Program-made: the position numbers and the translations under genes
From: Trueperaceae bacterium
GTDB taxonomy: Bacteria; Deinococcota; Deinococci; Deinococcales; Trueperaceae
DNA: 64,000 nt
NCBI GenBank assembly: GCA_965214405.1
Contig: OZ243956.1
Coordinates: 2,912,001-2,976,000 of the forward strand
Direction of reading: 5' to 3'
Shown here: positions 33,252 through 43,554 of the stretch, one piece after another
Position numbering within the stretch: position 1 is the stretch's first letter
How the letters are laid out: the number at the start of each line of letters is the position of its first letter
The notes under the pieces: generated by a model
Database searches by the model: none
What the model was told of the DNA's origin: nothing
What the model saw: only the letters and a program-made list of their open reading frames with translations

Positions 33252-34463
33252 CTACAGCCCCGGCACCAATTCGACCTTCATCCAACCCGGCTGCCGCTCG
33301 TCAAACGCCTTGAACGCGTCAATCGCGTCCGTCATCTCCTCGACTTTGGTGAGGATGCTCTCGGGGTCAAACTGTCCGCTCTGGACTAGGTCAACGAGCA
33401 TCGGAATGTACTTGCGGTGGTTGCAGTTGCCCATCTTGAGCGTGAGGTTTTTGTTCATCGCCTGACCGATGGGGAAGTTTTGCATAGTGGGCGGGTAAAC
33501 ACCGATAATCGAGAGCGTGCCCGCCTTGGCAACGGCTCTGACGGCCCACTCCAACGCCTGCGAAGGCGCGCTCCCCGGTACCCAATTGTCGCCGTTGGGA
33601 TTCTGCTCAGGCGCGACTTGCTGCACTTCTTTCTCGAACTGTTGCTCCTCTTGCTCGCTCGGCGCGGCGGGGCCGTGCGAAGCGTGCTCGGCGTCCACGC
33701 CGACGGCGTCAATCACCCGGTCCGGGCCGACGCCGCCCGTGAGGCGCCGCAAGGTTTCGACGGGGTCCTCTTCTTCAAAGTTGACGACCTCGGCCCCCTG
33801 GCGGCGGGCCATCTCGAGCCGCGACGCTATCCGGTCCACCGCGAACACGCGCCCCGCGCCCATGAGTTTGGCACTAGCAATGGCGAACTGCCCGACCGGG
33901 CCGCAACCGAAAACCGCCACCACGTCGCCCGGCTCGATCTCGGCCAAGTCCGCGCCAAAATAGCCCGTCGGGAAGATGTCCGAAATCAGAATCGCCTGGT
34001 CGTCGGTCACCTCGTCAGGCAGCTTGACTAGGTTCACGGCGGCAAAGGGAATGCGAGCCTTCTCCGCCTGCAGCCCGTCAAAAGGCCCCGTGTTCTTAGG
34101 GCCACCGTAAAACGCGGTGCCCGCCTGAGACCCCTGCGGGTTGGCATTGTCGCACTGTGCGTAATAGCCCGCGCGGCAGTACGAGCAGTAGCCGCAGCCG
34201 ATTGTCGAAGGGATAACCACCCGGTCGCCCACGCTGAGGTTGCGCACGTCGGTCCCTAGTTCCTCGACGACGCCCACGCCCTCATGACCGAGAATGGTTC
34301 CCTCTTCCATGCCGGTAAAGGTGCCGCGAATCATGTGCAAGTCGGTCCCGCAGATCGCGCTGGCGGTAAGCCGCACGATGGCGTCTGTAGGTTCTTAAAT
34401 CTGTGGGTCGGGCACGTCCTCGAGCCGAACATCCCCCACGCCGCGCCATACAACTGCTTTCAT
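33252..34463 (-). pseudogene. Zn-dependent alcohol/formaldehyde dehydrogenase with premature stop at codon 23
   Basis: ATG at 34463 with RBS gives [42 protein letters not shown]; in-frame TAA at 34395-34397; GHEGVG, four-Cys Zn site, GCGPVG. Confidence 0.85.
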
Positions 34464-34758
34464 CTTTTCCCCTCCCGTTTCTGTTTTTCTCCTGTCTCTA
34501 CAAATCTTTATGAGGCAGCCACAAAAGCAGACAGAATCACCTTTGAGACTCCCTAACGGTTGTTGGTCGGGTTTGAGCTTGTATGTTTGCTGACAAACAG
34601 TCTTCGCTGCGGTGAGCTTGCCGAAGCAAGTGTCGCTACTTACGTTTTTTCCCGCGTTGATGTGTGTTTACTGCCTGCTTCCCCGTCAACCCGCTTAGAG
34701 CAGCATAGACGCGGGCGCGCGTACGGGACGACCTACCTGCTTACAGTTACATGAAAGC

Positions 34759-35466
34759 TTAGAGATTCCAGCCCCCCGCCACCTCGAGCACCGCCCCCGT
34801 CACATAAGCAGCCTCGGGTGAAAGGAGGTAAAGCGCCGCGGCAACGAGGTCTTCAAACCGTCCGGCGCGACCCATCGGCAGTTCATCAGGCACGTCCACG
34901 CTGTTCTCAACGATGCCGGGCGCGAGGACGTTGACGGTAATCCCGTGCGCCGCCTCGGTTTTCGCCAGCGCCTTGCTGTAGAGAACCACGCCCGTTTTGG
35001 CGGCGCTGTAGGCGACGATGCTCGGGCGCGCCTTGAGGAGTTCCGCGCCCGCGTACCCAAGATTGAGGATGCGCCCGCCGCCCGCCGCTCGCATGAAAGG
35101 CACCGCCGCCTGACTCGTATAAAAGGTGCTGTGGAGGTTCGAGGCGAACATCTCGAGCCAGTCCTCCACCCTATGCTCCTCCAACGTGACCCGGTGATAG
35201 TTGCCGACGTTGTTGATGAGCACATCCAGACCGCCAAGCTTTTCATGCGCCTCTCTCACCAACGTCTGCGCCTCAGCCGGTTTGGTCACGTCGGCCTGCA
35301 AAACGACACTTTTGACGCCGTAAGAGGCCGCGTCCGCAGCGACCGCTTCGGCTTCAGGCTGGCTCGAGCGGTAATGCACCGCCACGTCGTAACCCTCTTT
35401 GGCAAGCGCCAACACGAACGCTCTGCCGATGCCCTTGGCCGACCCTGTCACCAGCGCGGCGGGCAT
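34759..35466 (-). CDS. SDR family oxidoreductase
   Basis: TGSAKGIG, NNVG, Y.AAK, NVLAPG, V.GG. Confidence 0.9.
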   Translation of the reverse strand: MPAALVTGSAKGIGRAFVLALAKEGYDVAVHYRSSQPEAEAVAADAASYGVKSVVLQADVTKPAEAQTLVREAHEKLGGLDVLINNVGNYHRVTLEEHRVEDWLEMFASNLHSTFYTSQAAVPFMRAAGGGRILNLGYAGAELLKARPSIVAYSAAKTGVVLYSKALAKTEAAHGITVNVLAPGIVENSVDVPDELPMGRAGRFEDLVAAALYLLSPEAAYVTGAVLEVAGGWNL

Positions 35467-35574
35467 TAGGGAAGTCTCCGGGTGAGCTTAACCGTCATGG
35501 CCCGCTACCTTACCACCCGTTGTAGGCTCGAGGGCGTAACGCTACAAGCCTGAAACCTTTATTGTGAGGTTGCT

Positions 35575-36369
35575 ATGACCCTCTTCGGCTGGCTCGTCGC
35601 CCTCGTTGTGCTGCTCTTCCTCTGGCGCACCTTTTTATGGTGGCCGCGCCCCCTCCCCGGCGTAACGCGGCCCCCGCCCCGCCTCATCGGTCACCGCGGC
35701 GTGCGGGTGGGGGAGCCCGAAAACAGCCTCGCCGCCTTTCGGAGGGCACTGGACGCGGGGCTCGACGGCATTGAGTTCGACGTGCAGCGTAGTCGGGACG
35801 GGGCGCTGGTGATTTTTCACGATTTTGAGTTGCGGGGGCGGGCGGTTGCGGCGCTTTCTAGGGCTGAGATTGAGAGTAACGATCCCAACATTCCTACGCT
35901 CGAGTCACTCTTCAACCTCGCTCACGACTATCCAGGCACGCTCCTCAATTTGGAAATCAAGGCGCGGGGCTGGCGGACGGGGGGGCTCGAGCGCACGGTG
36001 GTGCGTTCTGTCCGGAATTCAAAGTTAAAAGATAGGGTGCTGGTCTCGAGCTTTAGCCCCTTGTCGCTCGCCCGCGTGCGGCTGCGCGCGCCCGGACTTC
36101 GCACCGCGCTCCTTTTTGCGCCCGATTTGCCCCGTTTTTTGCGCTCGGGCTGGCTCGCGGGTTGGCTCCACGTGGACGCGCTCCATCCGCACTATTCGCA
36201 GGTTACCCGCGACCTTGTGACGCGCGCTCACGCTCGTCATCTGGCGGTCAACGTCTGGACGGTCAACGAGGCGGCGGAGGTGGCGCGTCTTTTAGCGTTA
36301 AGGGTAGACGGCGTCATGGCGGACGACCCCACGCGGCTTAAGAGGGCGGCGGAGCGGGATTTTTCATAA
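35575..36369 (+). CDS. Glycerophosphodiester phosphodiesterase
   Basis: IGHRG, ENSLAAF, IEFDV, HD, LNLEIK, WTVN. Confidence 0.9.
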   Translation: MTLFGWLVALVVLLFLWRTFLWWPRPLPGVTRPPPRLIGHRGVRVGEPENSLAAFRRALDAGLDGIEFDVQRSRDGALVIFHDFELRGRAVAALSRAEIESNDPNIPTLESLFNLAHDYPGTLLNLEIKARGWRTGGLERTVVRSVRNSKLKDRVLVSSFSPLSLARVRLRAPGLRTALLFAPDLPRFLRSGWLAGWLHVDALHPHYSQVTRDLVTRAHARHLAVNVWTVNEAAEVARLLALRVDGVMADDPTRLKRAAERDFS

Positions 36370-36569
36370 GATAAGAGCGAAGTTTCTCATCGTCAGAGCG
36401 CTTCTTTATCTCTAAGGTAGAAGAATCGAGGCGACTTCACCCCAAAGGCTCGCTCTCGCCTCGAGGTGCAAGGGGTGAGGCTCGAGTCACTACGCGAAAT
36501 AAAACTTTTTACAACAGAACTTACGCAGCCTTTATCAACAAAATAAACAGAGGGGACGGAAGCGAGAGG

Positions 36570-36758
36570 ATGACCAAATTCAAGCTCATCAGTTCGGCGA
36601 CGGTGGACACCTTTGAAGAGCGGCTGGGCCGCTTTGTGGGCTCGCTCGGCGCGGACGACATCATCGTGGACATCAAGTTCTCGACCGCCGTGACGGGGGA
36701 GCGCGTCGAATACAGCGCGCTCGTCCATTACAAACAGACCGAAAGCTGGGGCGACTGA
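36570..36758 (+). CDS. Small hypothetical protein, translationally coupled to the response regulator
   Basis: GAGAGG RBS; TGATG overlap with next gene. Confidence 0.6.
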   Translation: MTKFKLISSATVDTFEERLGRFVGSLGADDIIVDIKFSTAVTGERVEYSALVHYKQTESWGD

Positions 36759-37930
36759 TGCCCCCAACAAGAGAAACCCAGGTGAAAGAAGTCCCGGTGA
36801 GAGAAACCCGTCACCCCAAAGGAGAGGCGCGCGCTAAACTGTCCCCAATGGCTTCGTCCGCCCTGTCCTCATCCACCCCTTCTTCCCCCACGCTCGTCCT
36901 CGCCGTCGACGACGACCCGACCAACCTCAAGCTCATCGAGATGAGTCTTACGGGCGCGGGCTATACGGTCTTGACTTTTGACCGCGCCAGGAGCGCCCTC
37001 GCCGAAATGCACGAGGGCCTGAGGCCCGACGTGATCGTCTCGGACGTGTCGATGCCGCTCATGGACGGGTTTAACTTTTACGGCAAGGTCCGCGAAATCC
37101 AAGAACTGCGCGCGGTGCCCTTTCTCTTTTTGACCGCGATGGGCGAACGCGAGTACATCCGCTACGGGATGTCGATTGGCGCGGACGACTACGTGACCAA
37201 GCCTTTTCAGCGCGACGAACTCGTGCAGGCGGTGAGCGTGCGCTTGCAGCGCGTGGCCGAACTCAGGCGACCGCTCGAGGGCGCGGTCAAGGTCGAGGGC
37301 TTCGGCAACCCTTTGGTCGAGCGCGACGGCGAACGGCTCAACTGGGACTCGCTCAAGGCCTTAGAGCTGCTTTACTACCTGCTCGAGAACCGCTCCGGCG
37401 TGAGCACCTTTGAAGTCGCCGAGGCCTTGTGGCCCGGCAAAACCGAAGCCAAGGCGAGCTCGTCGTTTCACACGACGCTCTATCGGCTCCGCAAGGTGAT
37501 GGGCGGCGAACTCATCGAGTCGGCCAACCGCCGCTACTACCTCCACAGCAAGTTCGACATCGACTACGACGTGGACCGTTACCGCGCGCTCTCGAAAGAA
37601 GCGCGCGAGACGGGGCGGCTCGAGTCCTACGCGGGGGCCATAAACCTTTACAAGGGTGATTACCTGGCGGGCTTCGATTCCGAATGGGTCGAGGCCATCC
37701 GTATGGGGCTACACAACGAACAGCTCACGCTGCTTTTGGGGGCCGCCGAGAGGTCCAAGGGCGCGGGCGAGCTCGAGTCGGCCACCCGCTACTACCAAAA
37801 GATGACCGAGCACGACCCCTATAGCGAGAGCGCCTGGGAGGGCTTAGCCAACCTCTGGGAATCGCGCGGCGACTTCTCTAAGGCGGCGGAAGCGAGAGAA
37901 CGCTTTGGCGCTTTTATGATGGACATGTAA
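36758..37930 (+). CDS. Response regulator: REC + winged-helix + BTAD/TPR (SARP-like)
   Basis: VDDD, SDVSMP.MDG, FLTA, DDYVTKPF; ELL.YLL..EALWP..F.TTLYRLRK; LY.GDYL..W. Confidence 0.85.
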   Translation: MPPTRETQVKEVPVRETRHPKGEARAKLSPMASSALSSSTPSSPTLVLAVDDDPTNLKLIEMSLTGAGYTVLTFDRARSALAEMHEGLRPDVIVSDVSMPLMDGFNFYGKVREIQELRAVPFLFLTAMGEREYIRYGMSIGADDYVTKPFQRDELVQAVSVRLQRVAELRRPLEGAVKVEGFGNPLVERDGERLNWDSLKALELLYYLLENRSGVSTFEVAEALWPGKTEAKASSSFHTTLYRLRKVMGGELIESANRRYYLHSKFDIDYDVDRYRALSKEARETGRLESYAGAINLYKGDYLAGFDSEWVEAIRMGLHNEQLTLLLGAAERSKGAGELESATRYYQKMTEHDPYSESAWEGLANLWESRGDFSKAAEARERFGAFMMDM

Positions 37931-37995
37931 AAGACGGGCGTGTGGGTTCGGCGTAAAGCCTCGCAAAATCCCCCGGCCCCTTTTGGGGATAAGGT

Positions 37996-38751
37996 ATGAG
38001 GGTGGCACCCATCACCGCCGACCGTTTGGCCGAAGCCGAATACACCGCCGCAAGCGACCCGGCGTTCACGAAGAGAACGCGTTTCGGGCGTTTCGTGAAC
38101 ATCCCGCAGTTTCCCGGCAGACGCGACGCGCATCAACTTGTGGACGTGCGCTGTCAAGAGGACGAGGTGGAGGAGATGTTCGGGGAACTTTCCGGCCTCT
38201 ACGCTCCCACAGGTCTCCCGTTCCGCAAGCTCGCGGGTCACGACTCGGCGACGTTCGCGCACCTCGAACCCACGCTCAAAAGCAAAGGCTGGTCCCTCGA
38301 GCGCGTTTGGATGATGACGCACCAGAAACCGCCGGAACGGCCTCTCAATCCCGATGTCGAGGTGAAAGTTGTTGAACCTACCTCAGATGAGCTTAAACGC
38401 GTCTCGCCGCCCGAAGAGTTTAACGCCGAAAGACACGCCTATCACCTCTCGCAAGACCCGCGTTTGGGTGGGGAGGTGCTGGTGGCGTTCTTAGGGGGTC
38501 AGCCCGTCGGCTCGACAGGCTGGTTCGTCGTAGACGGGGTGGCGCGTTACCGCGGCGTCTACGTTCATCCGGCGGCGCGGGGGCAAAACGTCGCGTCAAC
38601 CATGATCCAGACCGTCCAAAATCATCCCACGGTGCGGGCGCAAGATGTGCTCACCCTCCACGTGGGTGAGGAGGGGCCGGTGCGACTTTATGAGGCGCTG
38701 GGTTTTGTTAAGCACAGCCCCTTTTGGGAGGCGCTGCGAAAGCTCGAGTGA
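37996..38751 (+). CDS. GNAT family N-acetyltransferase
   Basis: VYVHPAARGQNVAS, LYEALGF. Confidence 0.8.
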   Translation: MRVAPITADRLAEAEYTAASDPAFTKRTRFGRFVNIPQFPGRRDAHQLVDVRCQEDEVEEMFGELSGLYAPTGLPFRKLAGHDSATFAHLEPTLKSKGWSLERVWMMTHQKPPERPLNPDVEVKVVEPTSDELKRVSPPEEFNAERHAYHLSQDPRLGGEVLVAFLGGQPVGSTGWFVVDGVARYRGVYVHPAARGQNVASTMIQTVQNHPTVRAQDVLTLHVGEEGPVRLYEALGFVKHSPFWEALRKLE

Positions 38752-38796
38752 CACCCAGCTCACGGCGTGGCTGAGCCTTTCGGGTCACACTGGCGT

Positions 38797-39819
38797 ATGA
38801 GATTTCTTTTTCTTTTGGGATTGTTGGGGTTGGGCTCGAGTCTCAGCACGGCCCAAGACGCCCCCGACCTTACGCTTCCCGAAAGCTATACGGCGTCGGT
38901 GGTTGCGACGGGGCTGAGGCAGCCTACCCAAATGACCCTGGGACCCGACGGGCGGCTCTGGCTGAGTGAGCTCTCCGGCGGCGAAAACGCGGGAACCGGG
39001 CAAATCGTCGCGCTGGACCTGACGACGGGCGAGCGGGAGGTGCTGCTCAGTGAGCTCTTCAAGCCTACCGGTCTGGCCGTGCTGGACGACACGCTGTGGT
39101 TAGCCGCGGGCCGCGACCTGCTGCGCGCGCCGCTCGTTGGCGGGCGACCGGGCGCGCCTGAAAAGGTCCTCGAGAACCTCCCCTTCAACGGTCGCTCGAA
39201 CGGCGCGCTTACCCCCACGCCGGACGGCGCGCTTCTGTTCGAGACGAGCGGCAGCCGTCAGGGAAACGGGGCGGCGGCGGGTTCGGGGACGTTGTGGCGG
39301 CTCGAGCCCACTAAAATCACAGAAAACCCCGCCCTGCAGCCCCTCGCCACCGGGCTCAAAGGCGCGTACGCCCACACCTACGACGCGGGCGGCATCCTTT
39401 ACACCACCGAAATCGGCGACGACCCGGTCAACGGCCAGGCCCCACCCGACGAACTCAACCGTGTCGTCCCGGGCGGCGACTACGGTTGGCCGCAGTGCTA
39501 CGGCGACCGGCAGCCCGCCCAAAACTACGGCGGCACCCCCGAGACGTGCGCCGAAACGCAGGCCCCGCTGGCGCTCTTCGCCCCGCAGTCCACCCCGACG
39601 AGCGTCGTGGCTTCACCCTTTGAAAAGGACGCGCTGCTCGTCGCGCTCTGGGGTCCTGCCACGCCCGGTGTGGTGAGCGTAGATACCCGGACGGGAGCGG
39701 TCACGCCTTTCCTCTCGGGTTTGAGAGCGCCGCAGAGTTTGCTGACCCTGCCCGACGGCAGCCTGCTCGTGAGCGACTTTAGCTCAGGCGTGCTCTACAG
39801 AGTCACCGGACCCTCTTAA
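38797..39819 (+). CDS. Secreted PQQ-dependent sugar dehydrogenase-like beta-propeller
   Basis: Signal peptide; VATGL..P..M..GPDGRL, PPDELN...GG.YGWP.C, L.VSD. Confidence 0.8.
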   Translation: MRFLFLLGLLGLGSSLSTAQDAPDLTLPESYTASVVATGLRQPTQMTLGPDGRLWLSELSGGENAGTGQIVALDLTTGEREVLLSELFKPTGLAVLDDTLWLAAGRDLLRAPLVGGRPGAPEKVLENLPFNGRSNGALTPTPDGALLFETSGSRQGNGAAAGSGTLWRLEPTKITENPALQPLATGLKGAYAHTYDAGGILYTTEIGDDPVNGQAPPDELNRVVPGGDYGWPQCYGDRQPAQNYGGTPETCAETQAPLALFAPQSTPTSVVASPFEKDALLVALWGPATPGVVSVDTRTGAVTPFLSGLRAPQSLLTLPDGSLLVSDFSSGVLYRVTGPS

Positions 39820-39825
39820 CCTTTC

Positions 39826-40869
39826 TTAACCTTTTCTCGTCGTCAGGAGGCCGACGCGCTCTCTCACCGCCTCCATTGTGGCCCCGGCCCTCATACGCGC
39901 CCGCGCCGCCCCCTCGCGCAGCACGTCCGTCACCTCGTCAGGCCGCGCCGCCAGTTCCCGCCGCCGCGCCCTCGCCTCCTCAAAGGTGCGGTGAATCATC
40001 CCGACGAGTTCGCGCTTCGCGTCCGCGTAGCCGTAGCCGCCTGCGCGGTAGGCCGCCGCGAGGCTTTCGCGTTTCTCATCTGTTGCGATGAGCTTGATAA
40101 GCGCGAACACATTGTCCTGCTCTGGGTCCTTGGGCGCGGCCAGCGGGGCCGAGTCGGTAGGAATGCTCATCACCTTGCGCTTTAGCGTCTCGCCCTCGTC
40201 AAATATGTTGAGGGTGTTGCCGTAACTTTTAGACATCTTGCGTCCGTCTAAGCCCGGCACCACCGCCACCTCGTCCAACACGAGCGCCTGCGGCTCGGGG
40301 AACAGGGGCGCGTCTGGGGGGCAAAAGGTGCGGTTAAAGGCTCGAGCCAGCTCCCGACTCACCTCCACGTGCTGCCGCTGGTCCTGACCCACGGGCACGA
40401 GCACCCCACGTTGAGACTCGCTGTACATCAAAATATCGGCGGCCTGCAACACCGGATAAGTCAGCAGCCCCGCGTTGGGCGTATTGGAGCGGGCCAGTGC
40501 GTCCTTGTAAGAAACGCCGCGCTCTAAAGTCGGCACCGTCAGCAGCGTGTTAAAAATCCAGGCGAGCTCGGTCACCTCGGGCACGTCGCTCTGCAAAAAG
40601 AGCGCCGCCTCGTCGAGACCGAGCGCGAGGTAGTCCAGCGCGATGTCGAGGCTGTAACACCTAAGCGCGTCGCGGTCGTGAATGGTTGTCAGTGCGTGGT
40701 AGGTGGCGATGAAGAAGTAGGTGTTTGCGTGTTGCAGTCTGAGCTGCTGCCTCACCGCCCCAAAGTAGTTGCCCAGGTGCAAAATGCCGGTCGGTTTCAC
40801 GCCTGAGACGATGGTGGCTTGGGCGGCGGGCGTTGGTGAGGATGCCTGGGTGGAGGGAACGGGTATCAT
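39826..40869 (-). CDS. trpS: Tryptophanyl-tRNA synthetase
   Basis: SG..PTG.LHLGNY, YPVLQAADIL, VPVG.DQ.QH, KMSKS; GGAGA RBS before ATG 40869. Confidence 0.95.
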   Translation of the reverse strand: MIPVPSTQASSPTPAAQATIVSGVKPTGILHLGNYFGAVRQQLRLQHANTYFFIATYHALTTIHDRDALRCYSLDIALDYLALGLDEAALFLQSDVPEVTELAWIFNTLLTVPTLERGVSYKDALARSNTPNAGLLTYPVLQAADILMYSESQRGVLVPVGQDQRQHVEVSRELARAFNRTFCPPDAPLFPEPQALVLDEVAVVPGLDGRKMSKSYGNTLNIFDEGETLKRKVMSIPTDSAPLAAPKDPEQDNVFALIKLIATDEKRESLAAAYRAGGYGYADAKRELVGMIHRTFEEARARRRELAARPDEVTDVLREGAARARMRAGATMEAVRERVGLLTTRKG

Positions 40870-40899
40870 GGGTGTCTCCGGTATTTGAATCAAAGAACA

Positions 40900-40929
40900 A
40901 AGAAAAACGCGCCAGTCGAGGCTGGCGCG
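40900..40929 (-). terminator. Attenuator terminator upstream of trpS
   Basis: On minus strand CGCGCCAG-CCTCGA-CTGGCGCG-TTTTTCTTT. Confidence 0.8.
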
Positions 40930-40956
40930 GGCGCGGTTTTAGAGAGTTATCTACAG

Positions 40957-41031
40957 CTAGCCACGACGCCATCGCCCACGGCTCCACCAGAGGGTGGTCC
41001 AGAAGGGGACGGGGTGGCGTTGACCGGTCAT
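40957..41031 (-). CDS. trpL: Trp-rich leader peptide (24 aa)
   Basis: MTGQRHPVPFWTTLWWSRGRWRRG*, four Trp including a WW pair, directly before the terminator and trpS. Confidence 0.85.
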   Translation of the reverse strand: MTGQRHPVPFWTTLWWSRGRWRRG

Positions 41032-41038
41032 GAAAGAG

Positions 41039-41067
41039 AGTTTACAGGGGGAGGAGCGCGGCGTCAA
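41039..41067 (-). promoter_or_regulatory. Sigma70-type promoter for the leaderless trp leader
   Basis: TTGACG-17 nt-TAAACT, 7 nt before the leader ATG. Confidence 0.75.
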
Positions 41068-41250
41068 ATATGTAGCCGGACCCTAACGCGTGAGTCGTAC
41101 CCGCTCAAACCAAATTATTTTCTGCCTCCAGGTGGATTCTTTGGGCCACGGGTCGAGGGATTGTAAGCGGGGGATGTTGGAGGGTCGGGCGAGGCTGACA
41201 AGTGGATTCATAAGCGTAAGATTCTGTGAGACTTAAAGCACCTCATTGAG

Positions 41251-42099
41251 TCACTCACGTAAAAAATTCGCAACTTTCTCTTTTACCGCAGCACTACCCT
41301 CGCCTAACCAAATAAGATGTCCCCACGTTTGCGCTTCGAACAATTCAGAATCCTCAATATATTTTTGGGCATGAAGCGGATGTTCAAAGCTTACCGAATT
41401 GTCATTTCTGCTATGGACAATCAACGTGGGTACAGTGATTTTCTCTAAAACCTCGGTTGGTACATTTTGGTCGATGTCAAGCATAAAACCTTGACCTGAT
41501 GACAGGTGCATAAGCATAGTTTTGAAAGCGGCTTTATCCTTATCAGTCAAAGATGACGAAACATCCTTTGTAGCCAGCTTCGTAAAGGATGGAATCATCT
41601 GTTTGTAGATTAGTCTCGGGGTCAACTGCACAAAGGTTCTCAGCGTTCCCCACGTCACATTTTGCACTCGAGGATGAAACATCCGCCTGGCTGTTTTGTA
41701 AAGAGCGTCATTTGGCTTTAACCATTGCGTCGTTACAGAAGACTCGAGCACCAACTTGTCTACACGCTCGGGATAATTGGCCGCCAGATAAAGCCCTGTT
41801 GGTCCCCCCGCAGAAATAGCCACAACAGAAACTTTGTCAAGTGAGCGTTCGTCTAAGAGTGCAACCAACGCCTCCGCCGCTTCGGACGCTGACGCGCCAA
41901 CACTGGCAGGTGTTCTTCCGTAGCCCGGACGTGAAGGCACCAAAGCCGACATACCAGCGGCGAGTATCTCTTCAGTTCCAAAGCTTTCAAAACAGTTGGA
42001 GTGTCCGCCATGCAGTAGTAGGCATGTTCTGCCTTCACCTTTAACAACATACTCAATCTGACCTTTCAAGGTTTGTGCAATATGGCTGTTTTGATTCAT
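41251..42099 (-). CDS. Alpha/beta hydrolase
   Basis: LLHGG, SRPGYG, AISAGG nucleophile elbow, D and H near C-terminus; lower GC. Confidence 0.85.
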   Translation of the reverse strand: MNQNSHIAQTLKGQIEYVVKGEGRTCLLLHGGHSNCFESFGTEEILAAGMSALVPSRPGYGRTPASVGASASEAAEALVALLDERSLDKVSVVAISAGGPTGLYLAANYPERVDKLVLESSVTTQWLKPNDALYKTARRMFHPRVQNVTWGTLRTFVQLTPRLIYKQMIPSFTKLATKDVSSSLTDKDKAAFKTMLMHLSSGQGFMLDIDQNVPTEVLEKITVPTLIVHSRNDNSVSFEHPLHAQKYIEDSELFEAQTWGHLIWLGEGSAAVKEKVANFLRE

Positions 42100-42108
42100 T
42101 TATCCCTT

Positions 42109-43554
42109 TCATGGGTCTGAGTAACGAACCGCCCGCGCCGCCGCCCCCTTACCCGACAGAAGCGCGAGCGGAACCCCGCCCCCCGGATGTACGCTGCCCC
42201 CCGCCAAAAAGAGATTCTTGACCCCGCGCACCGTCCCCTTGGGGCGAAGCGTCCCCAGGAGCGAATGGGGCGCTGCGCCGTAGATGCTGCCGCGGTGCGC
42301 GAGGGTGGCTAAGTGGTCGGGACCCAAGGTGTGGCGGAAGCGCACCTGGTCCCGCACATCCAAGCCGCGACGCGCCAACACCTCGAGCAGATGGTCGGCG
42401 TACGAGTCGGCGTCCTCTGCCTCCCTCGTCTTGCCCACCGGCAGCGCGGGCGCGTTCGCCATCACGAACAGGTTTTCGCAGCCCGGCGGGGCCTGCGACG
42501 GGTCGGTTTTAGAGCCCACCGACACGTAAAGTGTCGGGTTGCGGGGCTTCTCACCGCGGCGGATGGCGGCGAACTCGGCGGGGTAGTCTTCGGCAAAAAG
42601 GATGGTGTGGTGGGCCAGTTCGGGTGACGTGCCCCCTACGCCCAAAAGCAGCACGAAGCCTGACAGGGAAGGCTCGAGCCCCTCCACCCGCGTTCGCTTG
42701 CCCAAAAGCTGATGCGTCCTGACGATGTCCAAAGACGAGACCACCACGTCGGCGTTAACATTTCCCGCGCTCGAGCGCACCTCCCGCACCTCCCCAGAAG
42801 CGCAGTCGAGCCCCTCGACCCAGGCGTTCGTCCGAATCTCCACCCCCAGCCGCGTGGCGAGCGCGGCCAGTTCGCGCACGACGTGTTTGACGCCGCCCTC
42901 CGGGTAGACCACGCCCAGCCCCAGCTCGACCCAGGCGATGTTGTGGAGCACCGCCGGGGCGCGGGTGGGGTCCGCGCCGAAGTAGGTGGCGAAGCGCAGG
43001 AAAAAACTCCTGAGGTCGCCTGTCGCGCCGTGACGCTCGAGCAGTTCCGGCAGCGTTTTCAAGGGATGAGCCCTTAAGCCGTGGGTGAGGCCATATTTCA
43101 TCAGCTCGAGCGGCCCCGGCGCGCTTCCGTAAACAAACGTAGGCGAAGCCGCTTCATAGAGCGCCTTGGCCTCAGCGAGCAGGCTCCGGTAGACTCGAGC
43201 TTCTGCCGCGCTCAACTGTGCCGTCGTTCGCTCGACATCTTTGGAAACGTCCCACACGCGGCCCGACGGGAAGCGGTAGCGGCAGAGGGGGTCTAAGGGG
43301 TTGAGGGTAAAGGGTAACGCCTCGCCCGCCGCTTGGAACACGCCCTCGAGCACCCCCGGCAGCGTCAGCACGCTCGGCCCGGTGTCGAAGCGAAAGCCCT
43401 CGCCCGTGATTTCGCCCGCCTTGCCGCCCGCCTCGGCGTGGCCCTCCAATAGCGTCACCTCAAAACCGGCGAGCGCCAGGTGAATCGCCGCCGACAGCCC
43501 TGCGAAGCCGCCCCCCAGCACCAGCGCCGCGCCCTTGTTCAAAATCCCCCTCAC
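42109..43554 (-). CDS. Phytoene desaturase-family protein, probably CrtD-type 3,4-desaturase
   Basis: GGGFAGLSAA, GFRFDTGPS, NLFLAGGSVHPGGGVP; GTGA overlap with upstream gene. Confidence 0.85.
   Translation of the reverse strand: MRGILNKGAALVLGGGFAGLSAAIHLALAGFEVTLLEGHAEAGGKAGEITGEGFRFDTGPSVLTLPGVLEGVFQAAGEALPFTLNPLDPLCRYRFPSGRVWDVSKDVERTTAQLSAAEARVYRSLLAEAKALYEAASPTFVYGSAPGPLELMKYGLTHGLRAHPLKTLPELLERHGATGDLRSFFLRFATYFGADPTRAPAVLHNIAWVELGLGVVYPEGGVKHVVRELAALATRLGVEIRTNAWVEGLDCASGEVREVRSSAGNVNADVVVSSLDIVRTHQLLGKRTRVEGLEPSLSGFVLLLGVGGTSPELAHHTILFAEDYPAEFAAIRRGEKPRNPTLYVSVGSKTDPSQAPPGCENLFVMANAPALPVGKTREAEDADSYADHLLEVLARRGLDVRDQVRFRHTLGPDHLATLAHRGSIYGAAPHSLLGTLRPKGTVRGVKNLFLAGGSVHPGGGVPLALLSGKGAAARAVRYSDP

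Noticed and set aside
34600..34630. REP-like CGGTGAGCTTGCCGAAGC
   Set aside because: Single degenerate copy without an inverted partner or associated transposase.
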